Of a DNA stretch of 64,000 nt, positions 12,671 through 25,929 are shown piece after piece. This stretch comes from Octopus vulgaris. Its lineage: Eukaryota. Every line of letters begins with the position of its first letter. Positions within the stretch are counted from its first letter, which is position 1. The DNA lies in the NCBI GenBank assembly GCA_951406725.2, contig OX597819.1, forward strand, positions 38,688,001 through 38,752,000. The letters are read 5' to 3'. A model generated the notes under the pieces. That model was not told the DNA's origin. It made no database searches and saw only the letters and a program-made list of their open reading frames with translations. Made by a program: the position numbers and the translations under genes.

Positions 12671-14329
12671 ACAATAATGACAAGGTTGGAAAGGAGGACA
12701 GTTAAAATTACTGTTGTTGATTCTGGTTGCCATGCAAAACAAATTGAAAAGTAGAGAAGGTTTTTTCCAAGACTTGTTGAGCAACTTTATGTGCTACAGT
12801 TGAAGAAGATGATACTAGATATGCTGAGATTTTATAAACTTATTTCCTGGGATGTTTGCATTTTTATTTATCAGTTTGCCAAGCAGGAAGTCAAATTCTC
12901 ATTGATTTCATTTTCTAATGTGCAGCGTAAGCGGTGTGCATCAGCTGTGCACTCTTGTAGCACTTTAATATTTGATGAGGTTGCCTGTTGTATCTATAAG
13001 CATTAGTCAGTTTTGTTCCAGATCAATGACCTCATATGTTTGGCAAGAAATCTATTATAGATCCAGCACATATCAAACATTGATGATCCTTCAGTTTTCC
13101 TCAGCTGAGTGACACTCTTTTTTGAGGTTCATCAACATGTGTTACTTCAGTATAGAAGCTATGTACGTCATTCAAATCAGAAATGGTTTACAGCTTTGTT
13201 TTCCTATGACTCTAACTTCATTTTGACCACTTCGTTTTCCTTTGACTCTAACTTCATTTGGCATCTGTAATGTTATAGACTCTTCTTGACTCGATCTAGT
13301 GCTGAGAGTCATGAAGCGATTCTGGTGAGCTTGGATATGTGACTCTCATAGTGAAAGTAACAGTGGAACCCTCACTTTATATCTCCTTGTTGGATTACCA
13401 AGCGCATCTTAAGCTGTGTCAAACTGTGGTCACAATCTTACAACAGTATTTTAAGGGCCATCTTACAATAATGCCTAGTTTCTATTTATTATGTTTCCCA
13501 TGATTCTTGTCCATATGTCTTTCAAGAATGGCTCTCATATTCTTATCTGTTAATTTCCATACTTCAGATTTAATGGGCTTGGGAGGTCTGGTCCTATTCT
13601 GTCTCAAAACTACTTTGATTGAAATATTTAGTGGTCATTCACATCACCTGTGTAATTAGTACATCACTTCTATCCTGCTATCTAATTATTATAGAGTCTA
13701 GAAGATACCATTGCTTTGAGCACAAATGCAATCAGATAACTTTCTAGTCTTCCTTCCATTTGAAGATGGTGTTGGTAATGATGAGGGTCTGAAGTAAAAA
13801 AAAGAAAAAGAAAATGAGAAGCTTGTCTTTTGAATTGTCTCACTCATATCATGCTAGCCAATAACACTAGGCCATTTTGCTGTTCCTTTAGGCAATGAAA
13901 TCATCAACTGGAATCAGTTTGGCACATCTTTGGGGCACACTATACATAGTCATTTGCAGAGTACAGTGGAACCAATTCCTTTTTGCATCAACAAGATTTG
14001 TCACTGTAGAAGTATAAACATAGATGAAGGATGCACAACACCTCTTTTAGATGCAAACATTCAAACTCACTATCTAGTCTCTAACAGCAGTTGGATCTTG
14101 GTCTAATTTGGCTATTTGATATTATTTCCTAGCAAAGCCAATCCCAGAAATACATCTCTGCTCTGTTCTGCTGGTTTCACATGTCAAACTAACATGTACC
14201 TGATTTCTACAATGATGCCATATCGAGGTGGTCTGGTCTTTTAAAGAGCTGCTATATCAGTGTTGCATCTATCCAACTCTAAAACCATGACTACTTGATC
14301 AGTCTCTTTTCTGTCTAGCAATGTTCTAA

Positions 14330-14930
14330 CATTTCTCTGGGCCAGATAGAAATTTTTATTACAGCTGGAAGACAGATAGTGAAATCCTTGTTACCCAAAC
14401 AGTAACTTTGATAAACTTTAGATTTATTAATATTATTTCATAGAACCAATTAAATTTCAAAGGTTGAGACTGCAACTGTGGTCCAAATGCACATTTGGTC
14501 TAAGAAACTGAAACCAATTACACTATCCATCTTACTATATGGATCAGAGGCATGGGTAATATACCACCAACTGGTAAAAAACAACAACAAAAAAACTCAG
14601 CCATCTGAGATAATGAGTATCACATGGAAGGATATGACCTGAAACACTCTCATACTAGAGAAAGCCAAGCTCCCTGCATAGAAGAGATACAGATGCACTG
14701 AAATTTCACTGCCTTGGGCAAGTCCAAAGAAATGGGAAAAAAAAATCTTAGTCCCCAACAAATATTCTGCCTATATTTGTAGTTGTACAAGAAATCAGAG
14801 CAGTCTTTGACTGAGATATATAAGGTGGTGGCAAGAGATAGCATGAGGAAATTGGACATTGATATCCACAGCTGGTCAACAGCAGCTGAAGACAGAAGCC
14901 TGTGGAGGAAATTGATTCGATTCTGACTTG
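14330..14930 (+). mobile_element. Old RTE-clade LINE ORF2 C-terminal fragment
   Basis: Broken translation resembling ..ITW...ILEKAK.P.IEE... and DIDIHSWSTAAEDRSLWR, typical of RTE C-termini. Confidence 0.55.
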
Positions 14931-15611
14931 CAATATTCTATATGGACAGTCATTGTCAATTATCAACAAACTGCAGATGATAATAACGAGAAGGAGTTGT
15001 TGTTGTTGGTGATGATGATGATAATGATGATGATGATGATGGTGATGATATCAGATATGCATTTACCATTAAGAAAATAACAGAGATCAGAATAACTGTC
15101 AGATATTCAACAAAAATACTTTGGTAACAGATTGTGTTTAAATCACAGGAAAATGCAGAGAAAATTTAAGATGCTGACAGTATATCTAAAATGTAAAATA
15201 TTCACTTAGATTATCTGAAACATATTGTCCACAAAGTGATAATCCACAAGAGTCAGCTTGTGATGGTAACTGTTGAATTAATATCTAAATAATTAACTTA
15301 AGAGATTTAGTTTTTCAAATAAGCTTATTTCTTCTGTCAACTCATGTATGGCTGAAAGGTTAAAAAAGTCTGCCTTGCAACCATGAGGTCTTGGGTTCAA
15401 TCCCACAGTGTAGCATCTTAAGCAAATATTACTTTCTATAGGCTTGGGTCAATCCATACTTTGTGAGCAGAATGGGGCAGATGGAAACTATGAAATTCGA
15501 CCAGATGGATTGTACTTGTAATTCAAAAGCACAGCCTTGTTGCATCACACTGCATCATGTTGATTTGTAATGAGAATTACATTAAGGGTACATGTACCTT
15601 TGGAATTTACT

Positions 15612-15912
15612 ACATGGCTCAGTGATTAGAGCGTTGGGCTTACAATCATGAGGTAATACCAGGCTGTGTATCTTGTTCTTGAGCAAGATCCTTCATTTCA
15701 CATTGCTCCAGTTCACTCAGCTGTAAAAATGAGTTGCAATTCAATGATACCATAACTTTTCCCTAGATAACATTGGCAGTGTGGAGAGAGGAGACTGGTA
15801 TGCATGGATGACTGCTGGTCTTCGATGAAACCTTGCTCAGACTTGTACCTCAGAGAGGAACTTTCTAGGTGCAATCCCATGGTCATTTATGACCAAAGAG
15901 AGTCTTTACCCT
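15612..15912 (+). mobile_element. SINE family D copy nested in an older SINE tail (~15500-16010)
   Basis: tggctcagtgattagagc head and the CORE-like cttgagcaag..cttcatttcacattgctccagt.cactcagctgtaaaaatgagt also found at 61052-61299. Confidence 0.75.
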
Positions 15913-16347
15913 TTAACTTGGAAATACTCAGCCACTTACATGCTAACTCAAAAAGCAGGTTAATTCAATTGACCAAACATATGATTATGCAACATCAAAA
16001 CTGATAGAGATCCATCCATCTATTATTCATTTTACAATAAAACACATTTAATTAATGATTCTCTTATCACTACTTTGGTAAGTACTACGAATTCTATGCC
16101 TCACATGGCATAACAAGCTAAAAACAGGACAATAGAATTCTATTGCTTCTATTGTCCTGTTTTTAGCTTGGGTGCCATGTGGGCAGAGCCTGAGGATTGT
16201 GTGAAGGCACCAGATTTGTTATAAAATGCTGTCTCGGTTGTTTTCCTCACATGAAACTATGAGTAGCTCATAAAAATATATACTATATATACATATATAA
16301 TATGGAGTTCCTTTTTTTGTTGATCTTACCTTCACAGAACAATATAT

Positions 16348-16390
<43 letters not shown>

Positions 16391-16410
16391 ATGTATAAGT
16401 AAATATACAT

Positions 16411-16441
<31 letters not shown>

Positions 16442-16496
16442 CATATACATAATATATATGTATATATAAGTATGTATACACATATATACATAACAT

Positions 16497-18040
16497 TATG
16501 AGGGTTGGCAATGAGTACAGTGAAGAATTCCAGGTAGAGACAGGGGTCCACCAAGGTTCATTCTTCAGTCCCCTCCTATTTATCATAGTCCCCCAGTGGA
16601 ATTCAAGACAGGATGCTCCTGGGAGATCTTCTATGCTGATGACCTTGCTCTTATTGCTGAGTCCCAATCAGAACAAGAGGAAAGTTTTAGGTGTGGAGGC
16701 AAGGATTAGAATTGAAGGGCCTTAGAGTCAACCTAGCTAAAACCAAAGTCCTAATAAGTAGGAAGGCAGACAAACCACAAATCCCTTCAGGTAGGTCACC
16801 CTGCTCGATCTGTAGAAAAGGTGTAGGTAGAAACTCTATAAGATGTACCCGGTGTAAGCTATGGACACATAAGTGGTGCAGCAATATCAAAGGAAGGCTA
16901 ACTGGGAAGATAGATTTTGTATGTGACAGATGCTCAGGAGCAATAAACACTGGAAATGTGCAGAGAACAACTTCTGTCACATTCCAGGGAGAAAAACTAG
17001 AAGTAGTTGATAGCTTCCATTACCTAGGTGACCAAGTCAGTAGCGGTGGTGGGTGCTCTGAAAGTGTAGCTGCTAGAATAAGAATAGCCTGGGCTAAGTT
17101 CAGAGAGCTCCTACCTCTGCTGGTGACAAAGGGCCTCTTGTTCAGAGTAAAAGGTAGACCGTATGATGCATGTGTACTAACAGCCATGCTACATGGCCGT
17201 GAAACATGGGCCGTGACTGCTGAGGACATGTGTAATCTTGCAAGGAATGGCGCCAGTATGCTCTGCTGGATGTGTAATGTCAGTGTGCATACATGACAGT
17301 GTATAAGCGCCTTGAGAGAAAAGTTGGACCTAAGAAGCATCAGATGTGGTGTGCAAGAGAGACGACTGCACTGGTATGGACATGTGGTGTGAATGAATGA
17401 GGACAGCTGTTTGAAAAAGTGTCACACCCTAGCAGTTGAGGGAATCTGTAGAAGAGGGAGACCCAGGAAGAGCTGGGATGAGGTGGTGAAGCATGACCTT
17501 CAAACATTAGGCCTCACCAAGGCAATGACTAGTGACCAAGACCTCTGGAAATATGCTGTGCTTGAGAAAACCCTGCAAGCCAAGTGAGACCATAACCCCT
17601 GGCCTATGCTAGCAGTGTAACCAGCCTACTTATGTGTACCTTTCTTTCATTGGACACTAAACTTTGCTTGCAAAGACCTGTTGAGGCAAGTGAAATCATA
17701 ATCAAAATCAAATTCACTGATGTGGCTGATGCCAGTGGAAGTTAGAGCACCAGCCGAGTGTGATTGTTGCCTGGGCCACTGACTGGCTCCCGTGCTGGTG
17801 GAACATAAAAAGCACCATTCGAGCATGATCGTTACCAGCATCGCCTTACTGGCACTTGTGCTGGTGGCACATGAAAAACAACATTTGAGCGAGGTTATTG
17901 CCAGTGCCGCTGGACTGGCTCCTGTGCAGGTGGCACATAAAAAAACACAATTTGAGCATGGCTGTCGCTAGTACCGGTACTCAGTCAAACCATCCAACAC
18001 ATGCCAGCATAGAAAGCGGATGTTAAACGATGATGATGAT
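16497..18040 (+). mobile_element. 5'-truncated RTE-clade LINE
   Basis: RT motifs followed by a modular 3' UTR and a (GAT)n tail shared with about ten short tail copies in the window. Confidence 0.92.
16498..17587 (+). pseudogene. Reverse transcriptase (ORF2) remnant with an internal PHD-type finger
   Basis: GVHQGS..SPLLF, YADD (16632-16643), GLRVNLAKTKV, LEVVDSFHYLG, ETW and GRPRKSWDEVV. Frameshifts and stops present. Confidence 0.92.
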
Positions 18041-18047
18041 GTGTATA

Positions 18048-18089
<42 letters not shown>

Positions 18090-18760
18090 AACGTATATAT
18101 AAGTATACACACACACATCAGTGAAGGATATAAGCAGTAAGGTATTCAGAACATCAATGCCTCTTTGAATGAAGTCAGTCCCTTACGATTTCTCTTTTAC
18201 ACCAAGTTACATACACTTCCCAATTACTCTCACTGTTAGAAATGCAATGAAGCACATGAGTGGTGTGATATAAAATAAAGAAAGAAAATAAAAAATGTTA
18301 TTGAAGTGTACAAATAAACTAATAAGATGGTTCTCAAAAAGTGACAGACTGCATTATGATATTACCTTTTGAAAGAAACTAGAACATGTATGTTGGCTAC
18401 AACAACAACAACTGCAGACAGAATTAATTATAAGAGTGATAGTATACAATAATACTTGCTGATATAACTACAGTCAAAGGTGAGTTATCCATTATCACTC
18501 AGAGAAGACTGTGAAAGATCTGGAACTCCATAATAAAGTTGCAATACAAAATAAAACCCAAAAAATAAAGAAAAAAACCCAAAACAGATCTAATACCAGA
18601 AACTTGTATGAACACGCACATAGGAAAATATTGGTAAAAGTATCCTGCGAATTTATTACACTTTGAAGTAGTCAGCTATTTAAGATATGAAAATTACTAT
18701 ATCAAACATATAACCAAGAGAAAGCCAGTATATATAGATTCATATATATATATAAATAAA

Positions 18761-19036
18761 GGCACACGCATGGGTGTGTGGTAAGAAGCTTACTTCCCAG
18801 TTACATGGTCCTGGGTTCAGTCCCACTGCATGACGTATCGGGCAAGTGTCTTCTACTATAGCCTTCAGCTGACTGAAGTCTTGTGAGTGAATTTGGTAGA
18901 TGGAAACTGAAAGAAGCCCATTGTATATATATATATATATATATATAGGGAAAAGGTATGGTATCATTGATATCGCAACTCATTTTTACAGCTGAGTGAA
19001 CTGGAGCAATGTGAAATGAAGGATCTTGCTCAAGAA

Positions 19037-19078
<42 letters not shown>

Positions 19079-19317
19079 ATGTATAAATATTTATGTGTGT
19101 GTCTTTGTGTCTGTGTTTGTCCCCACCACTATTGCTTGACAATCGATGTTGGTGTGTTTATGTCCCCATAACTTAATGGTTCAGAAAAAGAAACTGATAG
19201 AATAAGTACTAGGCTTACAAAGAAAAGTCCTGGGATTGATTTTTTTTTTACTAAAACCCTTCAAGGCGGTGCTCCAGCTTGGCCACAGTCAAATAATGAC
19301 TGAAACAAATAAAAGAA
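18761..19317 (+). mobile_element. SINE family A with a family-D fragment (~18947-19038, minus) inside its internal (TA)n
   Basis: Head ggttcagtcccactg, tail gactgaaacaaataaaaga; the nested piece reads cagctgagtgaactggagcaatgtgaaatgaag. Confidence 0.88.
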
Positions 19318-19524
19318 TATATGTATATATATATATATAGTATTGCAGCCCAGTAATGTTCCTCCTACAGGTAAGATGAAATCTTTTATATTCATCAGGA
19401 TATATCTTTACTAGTATATATACAGTGAAGTTTTACTATAGCATCGTATATTATTGACTGCAATTTCCAGTAAACATTGGTGTATTGTCGTACCACTATT
19501 CTATATTTATAAATATATATATGC

Positions 19525-19561
<37 letters not shown>

Positions 19562-19565
<4 letters not shown>

Positions 19566-20195
19566 CTGTGCGCGAGAAGACCCGGCAGGACAAGTGAGTT
19601 CATAACCCGTGGCCTTCTACATGGGATGGAGCCAGCCTACGTATGCATACCTTCCCTTCTTGGGACACAAAACTCTACTTGTGAAGACGTGTTGAGGCAA
19701 GTGAGGATCAGAATTGAAATCGATCAATGGAAATTGCGGATGTGCTACCAGTGCCGGTGGCATGTCAAAACTCTGCTTGTGAAGACCCGTTGAGGCAAGT
19801 GACGATCAGAATCGAAATCGATCAATGGAAATTGCAGATGTGTTACCAGTGCCGGTGGCATGTAAGAGAACTTTCCGTTTCGCGACCGTTGCCAGCACCG
19901 CCCCGTTTTGTGTCCGTTGCCAGCCACGCCTGGCCCTCGTGCCGGTGGCACATAAAAAGCACCATCCGTTCGTGGCCGTTTGCCAGCTCTGTCTGGCACC
20001 AGTGCGGGTGGCACGTAAAAAGCACCCACTACACTCACGGAGTGGTTGGCGTTAGGAAGGGCATCCAGCCGTAGAAACACTGCCAGATTTGACTGGGCCT
20101 GATGAAGCCTTCTGGCTTCACAGACCCCCGTAGAACCGTCCAACCCATGCTAGCATGGAAAACGGACGCTAAACGATGATGATGATGATGATGAT
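19562..20195 (+). mobile_element. RTE-LINE 3' end (last codons plus full 3' UTR with a ~98-bp internal duplication)
   Basis: tgctgtgcgcgagaagacc resembles 17553-17575; the segment from ~19671 repeats from ~19769; CpG-rich, so comparatively young. Confidence 0.9.
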
Positions 20196-20199
20196 ATAT

Positions 20200-20508
20200 A
20201 TCACATGATCACATGACCAACCAGGCTATCAGATGTTGCTAAACATCGCTGGTCACAATGCGCTTCGCATTGTTTTAGCCTTCAAATGATGCCACCCCAC
20301 TGGCTAAGTGAGCAGGCCAACAAAAGAAAGACTGAGAGAAAGTTGCGGCGAAAGAGTACAGCAGGGATCGCCACCACACCCTGCTAGAGCCTCGTGGAGC
20401 TTTTAGGTGTTTTCGCTCAATAAACACTCACAACGCCTGGTCTGGGAATCGAAACCGCGATCCCACGACCGCGAGTCCGCTGCCCTAACCACTGGGCCAT
20501 TGCGCCTC

Positions 20509-20510
<2 letters not shown>
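20200..20510 (-). mobile_element. SINE family C, full length
   Basis: Near-identical reverse complement of 28026-28335; A box tggcccagtggttagg, B box ggtttcgattccc. Confidence 0.92.
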
Positions 20511-20547
<37 letters not shown>

Positions 20548-20562
20548 TCTTTTTTTTTTTAC

Positions 20563-20750
20563 TGGGACTCTATCAGTTATGACGTTGAGGGTTTCACTTG
20601 ATCTGATCAACAGAAGAGCTTGTTCATAAAATTACTGTGCAAGTAGCTGAGCACTCCATAGAAACACATGTCCTTAACAGATTCTCAGGGAGATTCAATG
20701 TGAATTATAGGTACAACTCATTTTTGCTAGCTGAGTGACCTGGAGCAACA
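20563..20750 (-). mobile_element. SINE family D-related 3' fragment
   Basis: Similar to 60325-60625. Confidence 0.65.
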
Positions 20751-20762
20751 TCTATGTATATA

Positions 20763-21656
20763 TGAGGTCTGATCAATAAGTATCCAGACTGTTGTAATAG
20801 TAATGAAGCTAAAGCATCCAGAGTGAAGCCGCTTGGCACAGATTAACTTTGAACTCTGCTGTGCATGTGCACTAAGTTTTAACATTCTAGCTCACTTCCG
20901 TTGTTTACAGCAGTGCCTGGAAGGAAGGTGTGTAGCATGTGGTCATCACATTGACCATGAAAGAGAAAGTTGTCATGGTGATACCTGTTGAGAGGCCAGC
21001 ACAAACTTGCAGAAAGTGTGTGGAGAGGAATGTATGAGCTGCACACAAGTGTATGAGTGGTTCAGATGTTTCCCAGATAGCAAAAGAAATGTTGGTATTG
21101 ACGAATGTTCTCAGATGCCTGCAACCAGCAGAACTGAGAAGAACATAACAGATGTGAGTGCAGCTGTGAGGAGAATCATCAAATCACCATCCGTGAATTA
21201 TCAGAGGATGTGCAGATTAGTTACGGTTCAGTTCAGTCCATTATCACTGAAGATTTGGGTATGAGATGCATGTCTGCCAAGTTTATGACAAAACTGCTTT
21301 CAGCTGACCAAAATGACACTTGGGCTTCAGTTGCACAAAATCTCTTTGATTGTGTTGAGAATGATGAAAACGTTTTGAAAACTTTGCATAGGCCTCTGAG
21401 CAGGTATCATCAAGCTTTTGTCAAATTTTGATGCAGATTCTCTGCTCAACTTTTTCTATCATAGTCAATGTGACAAACACATGCTACACATGTTACTTCC
21501 AAGCACTGCTGTAAACAGCAAAAGTGAAATAGAACATTAAAGCTTAGTGCGCGTGTGAAACAGAGTTCAAGGCCAATTTGTGCCAAGTGGCTTTACACTG
21601 TGTGCTTTAGCTTTGTTACTATGGCAACAGTCTGGATACTTATTAATGAAATCATG
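20763..21656 (+). mobile_element. Non-autonomous mariner derivative with long inverted arms
   Basis: TA flanks at 20761-62 and 21657-58; ~210-250-bp inverted arms; internal HTH fragments MSCTQVYEWFRCF and ISYGSVQSIITEDLGMR. Confidence 0.88.
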
Positions 21657-22086
21657 TATATATTAAGAGGTATTGTTTTTTCCAACAGTGCTGGGTATAT
21701 TCTTAAAGGATACCTATTCCTTATATATATGTATGTATATATACCATCATCATTATTATTGTCATTTAATACTTACTTTTCCATGCTGGTATTAGTCAGA
21801 CAAAGCATATTGAAGCAGTACTATTCATACTAGAGCAGACAAAACATACTATAGCTGGTTGCTCTTCCTGCTGCCAAACTTTACCCATTCTTAAGTAAAG
21901 TAATATTTCCCATAGTCCTTTGAATAAGAAACTGCTCAATGGCCGAGTATGATCTCACAACATCTTGCAAACAGTGCTGCCATTTGAATGGATGGCAACT
22001 TTGCTTTCAAATGGTGTCTGAACAAAGTCATGTCAAGTAGAAGATATGAACTCATACATGCACAAATACATACATACATACATACA

Positions 22087-22117
<31 letters not shown>

Positions 22118-22142
22118 GTATGTGTACACACACACATAGAGT

Positions 22143-22978
22143 AAATTGTGGGTAAATTGTTGCTATTTTATATTTTTAATTTCATGCATGTACCTTGTTT
22201 GTTTTTGATTTTGTTGACTACACAGTATAGTAGAGTCAGTTGGGTACTGTCTGTGAGAAAACAGCTCCATGATGCAATTCTCTTTGTCAGAAATTTACTG
22301 TACTGCAAGGCATTCGTGCTGGAAGTTCCAATATGAACATTTCAGAGTGCAATCTGTGGACATGCACTGAGAGTGATAAAAATCAAACATCCAGTCAACA
22401 TCATGGTGTTTGAAGTGATCACTAGTGATGATGATGTTATGCTTCCATTCATCTTCCTACACAGCCTCAGACTCAACTCAGAGGCCTACATCAAGTGCCT
22501 GAAGGAGGTAGTACTGTCCTGGGTCAAGAGGGTGGCTGCTGGAGGACCCTATGTCTAGCAACAGGATGCTGCACCATGCCACACAAGCAGGAGAACCCAA
22601 TTATGGCTGTCAGACAATTTCTGCAACCTCCTAACATCTGCTCACCTAACTATCCAGACTGCAACCCCCTTGATTTTTTTGTGTGGGGCACAGTCAAGTG
22701 AGAGACCAACAAAACACCTTGTAACACCAAAGATGAACTGAAGGTAAGGGTTATAGGCAACATTCATCAACTTAAACAAGGGAACCATCCAGAAGAGTTA
22801 CAGGAGGTTCTGAAGTCATCTGGAGGCTGTCTTTGAAGCCAATGGCAATTTTACTGAATAAATTTACTCTTTAGTATTTCAAGATATTTTTATGTAATTT
22901 TGGTAAATATATCTGTTAAAATAAGATGTCAGTGTTACTTTCATTTTTGTGTAATTTAGACAACAGTTTATTCACCAG
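22143..22978 (+). mobile_element. Internally deleted DD37D (maT)-type transposon
   Basis: KHPVNIMVF...QQDAAPCHTS...PDCNPLDFFVWG; degenerate TIR-like ends gggtaaattgttg / caacagtttattcacc. Confidence 0.8.
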
Positions 22979-23356
22979 TATATGTGTGTTTGTGTGTATG
23001 TGAGAGTGTTTGCATGTATACATGAATGGCATCTTTGTATTTGTGTCTCACCATTTGACAATTGATGTTGATTCTTTTACATTCTTGTAATTCAGCGGTT
23101 TAATAAAAGGAGGCTAAGTACTAGATAGAAATATATTTAAAGAAAAAACAATGCCAGGCTCAATTTAACCAATTAAACCCATTAGGACATGGACCCAATG
23201 ATTGAAAAGAATAAAGAAAATAAATAAACTAGAACAGGTTCAGTCTTTTGTCTATAGCTGCTGTTTTCATTGGCTGATTTCTCGTGCTGTTACATCCATC
23301 CATCTGTTCATTCATCTGTCAGTCCCTCCGTCCATCTACCCCCCCCATTATTATTA

Positions 23357-23572
23357 AGGTGGCAAGCTGGCAGAATCATTGGCACACTGGATGAAAAGCT
23401 TAGCAGTATTTCGCCCATCACTAAGTTCTGAGTTCAGATTCTACCAAGGTTGACTGTGCCTTTCATCCTTTTGGGGTCAATAAATTAAGTACCAGTTAAG
23501 TACTGGGTTTGATATAATCACCATAACTCCTCCCACCAAATTTCAGGCCTTGTGCCTATAGTAGAAAATATT
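23357..23572 (+). mobile_element. SINE family B copy
   Basis: gctggcagaa head, gcctttcatccttttggggtc core, (ATT)n tail. Confidence 0.85.
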
Positions 23573-24197
23573 ATTATTATTATTGTTATTATTATTATTG
23601 CTATTAATAATAAAGAGCATGAAGGCTTGTACATCCACAAAATTCATTTTACAGTAATATACAGCATATTATAATGACCTACACATATTTCCGTTGCAGC
23701 AACTATTCACTGCTGCATATGCAACCTTGCAATATTGTCAGTGCAACTTCACAAGGGTCCATCCATTTGGTTATCTTCAAAGTGAAATAAAATTTTGTTA
23801 GTCAGTGTTCTGTGGGATGCAGGGATGTTATTTATAGGCATGTACTGCTGACCTCAACTTCACACCAATCACTGCCCAAAGTTAGGGTTTGGTCTAAACA
23901 AAACGTCATGGTCAAGGTTATTGTTTTTGTAAGGTTCTTTGTTCATTTTAATGACTGCATTATGCTTTTGATAACCATTAAAATTGACAAAGAACCTTGA
24001 TAACAATATATACTCCAGACAGTTTTTACCATCCAGTAAAGAGTACATGGAATTATCCTTCAGAAGGAATTCACAGACTGACTAACAACAAATTGTAGTC
24101 ACAGACATTAAATACTGATCACTATGGTTAGTTATTAATGGGAACTTAGCAGAGGGATAATATATCCCTCCAAACTCACACACACACACACACACAC

Positions 24198-24247
<50 letters not shown>

Positions 24248-24529
24248 TATTTATTTGTATATTACATGTTTTTATACATCATATAACTTATATCATATGA
24301 TATATGATATAAGTTATATGATGTATAAAAACATGTAATATACAAATAAATATCTGTAAATATAAAACCATCCGAATTTCTGAGTACCTCATTTCTTCTA
24401 ATATAAAATACCTGTACATCATCTCCAAACCTTCTAACACACATATATATATATACATACATATATATATATATACATACATACATATATATATATATAC
24501 ACATACATACATATATATATACATACATA

Positions 24530-24720
24530 TGTGTGTGTGTGTTTCTTTGTTTGTCCCTACCACCACTTGTCAACTGGTGTTGGTGTGTTTATGTCCCCCT
24601 AACTTAGCATTTTAGCAAAATGAGACCAACAGAATAGGCTTAAAAAAATAATTACTGGAGTTGATTCATTTGACTAAAAAATTTTCCAAGTAGTGCCCCA
24701 GCAAGTAAAAGATAAAAGAT
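24530..24720 (+). mobile_element. SINE family A 3' half
   Basis: tgtttgtccc..ccacttgtcaactggtgttggtgtgtttatgtcccc. Confidence 0.75.
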
Positions 24721-25813
24721 AGTTAAGTACTGGGGTTGATCTAATCAACTTTCTCCCTCAATTCAAAATTGCTGCTCTTGAACTGTGCTATGGACTGGAA
24801 TCCCATTCAGGAAGAATGTAGTGATCTTAGTCACCTATACATCATGGAAACCAGGTAACCAGCCCAGGGATTGAGAAGCAAAAAATTGGTTGTTAAGCCC
24901 GCTGAACAAACTTGGAATCAAAGACATTCCACACATGACTTTGCCAGGGTTTATTTGAATATTGTGTAATAGCTATCTAGAACTACATTATGATATGTGT
25001 CCTTCCATTTTTGAAAGATAATAACATGCAGTTTGAGAGAGATTTCGCAGCTATGTCTAGCAGGATGAGCAACCACAGAGAGGCACTACAACACAGGTAA
25101 AGTACACTGCAAAGCTACTACACTGATCATTAGGCTAAGGTTGTAACAAGGTGAAGATTTGGTATTCAGCAGGCATTCACACAAAAGCATACTATCCTCT
25201 GGCAATGTCCTCTGTAACATTAACTTTCTAAACTCAGATTAACTTTAGAATGAATAATAAATTATTATATGACTTTTATATGAATGAATTCTCTGTTTTT
25301 AATTACCTTGTCTTACTTGCAAAGCATGCAATCATGCCATTTTCCTTCTGTGTGTCTGTTGTTGTTGCTATTCTAGTTTACCACCATCCCCAAATCTACT
25401 TTAATCTGGTAGACTTATGATCCAAAGCAGTAGCTGCCAAAATTATTTCGTCGCAGAACCTATGTCTATATTTTACAGGTAACCACTATGCCTACCATGC
25501 TAATTTTAATAAGCATTAAATGAAACAGAAACTGATTCAGAGAGAATTTATAAATATCTTTTTTACAAATTTCAGTTATTGGATTGAAGCCATCCAGGGC
25601 ATGCCTTGAAGGCTCTTACTTGAATGAACCAATCACAGTACTTTTAATAGTATAAGTCTGGTAATTATTATATTGGTCTCTTATGCTGAGCCACTAAGTT
25701 ATGGAGATGTAAACAAACCAATACCAGTTGGCAAGTGGTGGTGGGGGCAAACACAAACATGTGCACACATACAGTCACCCCCTCCCACAGCCATGCTAGT
25801 ACCTATATATCTA

Positions 25814-25880
<67 letters not shown>

Positions 25881-25881
25881 G

Positions 25882-25925
<44 letters not shown>

Positions 25926-25929
<4 letters not shown>

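Noticed and set aside
17750-17975. CRISPR-like repeat/spacer pattern
   Set aside because: The linkers are homologous to each other and the array is part of a LINE 3' UTR.
20099-20125. CTGATGA plus hairpin as a hammerhead
   Set aside because: No GAAA box; it is a mutated ctggtgcagcc from the RTE tail.
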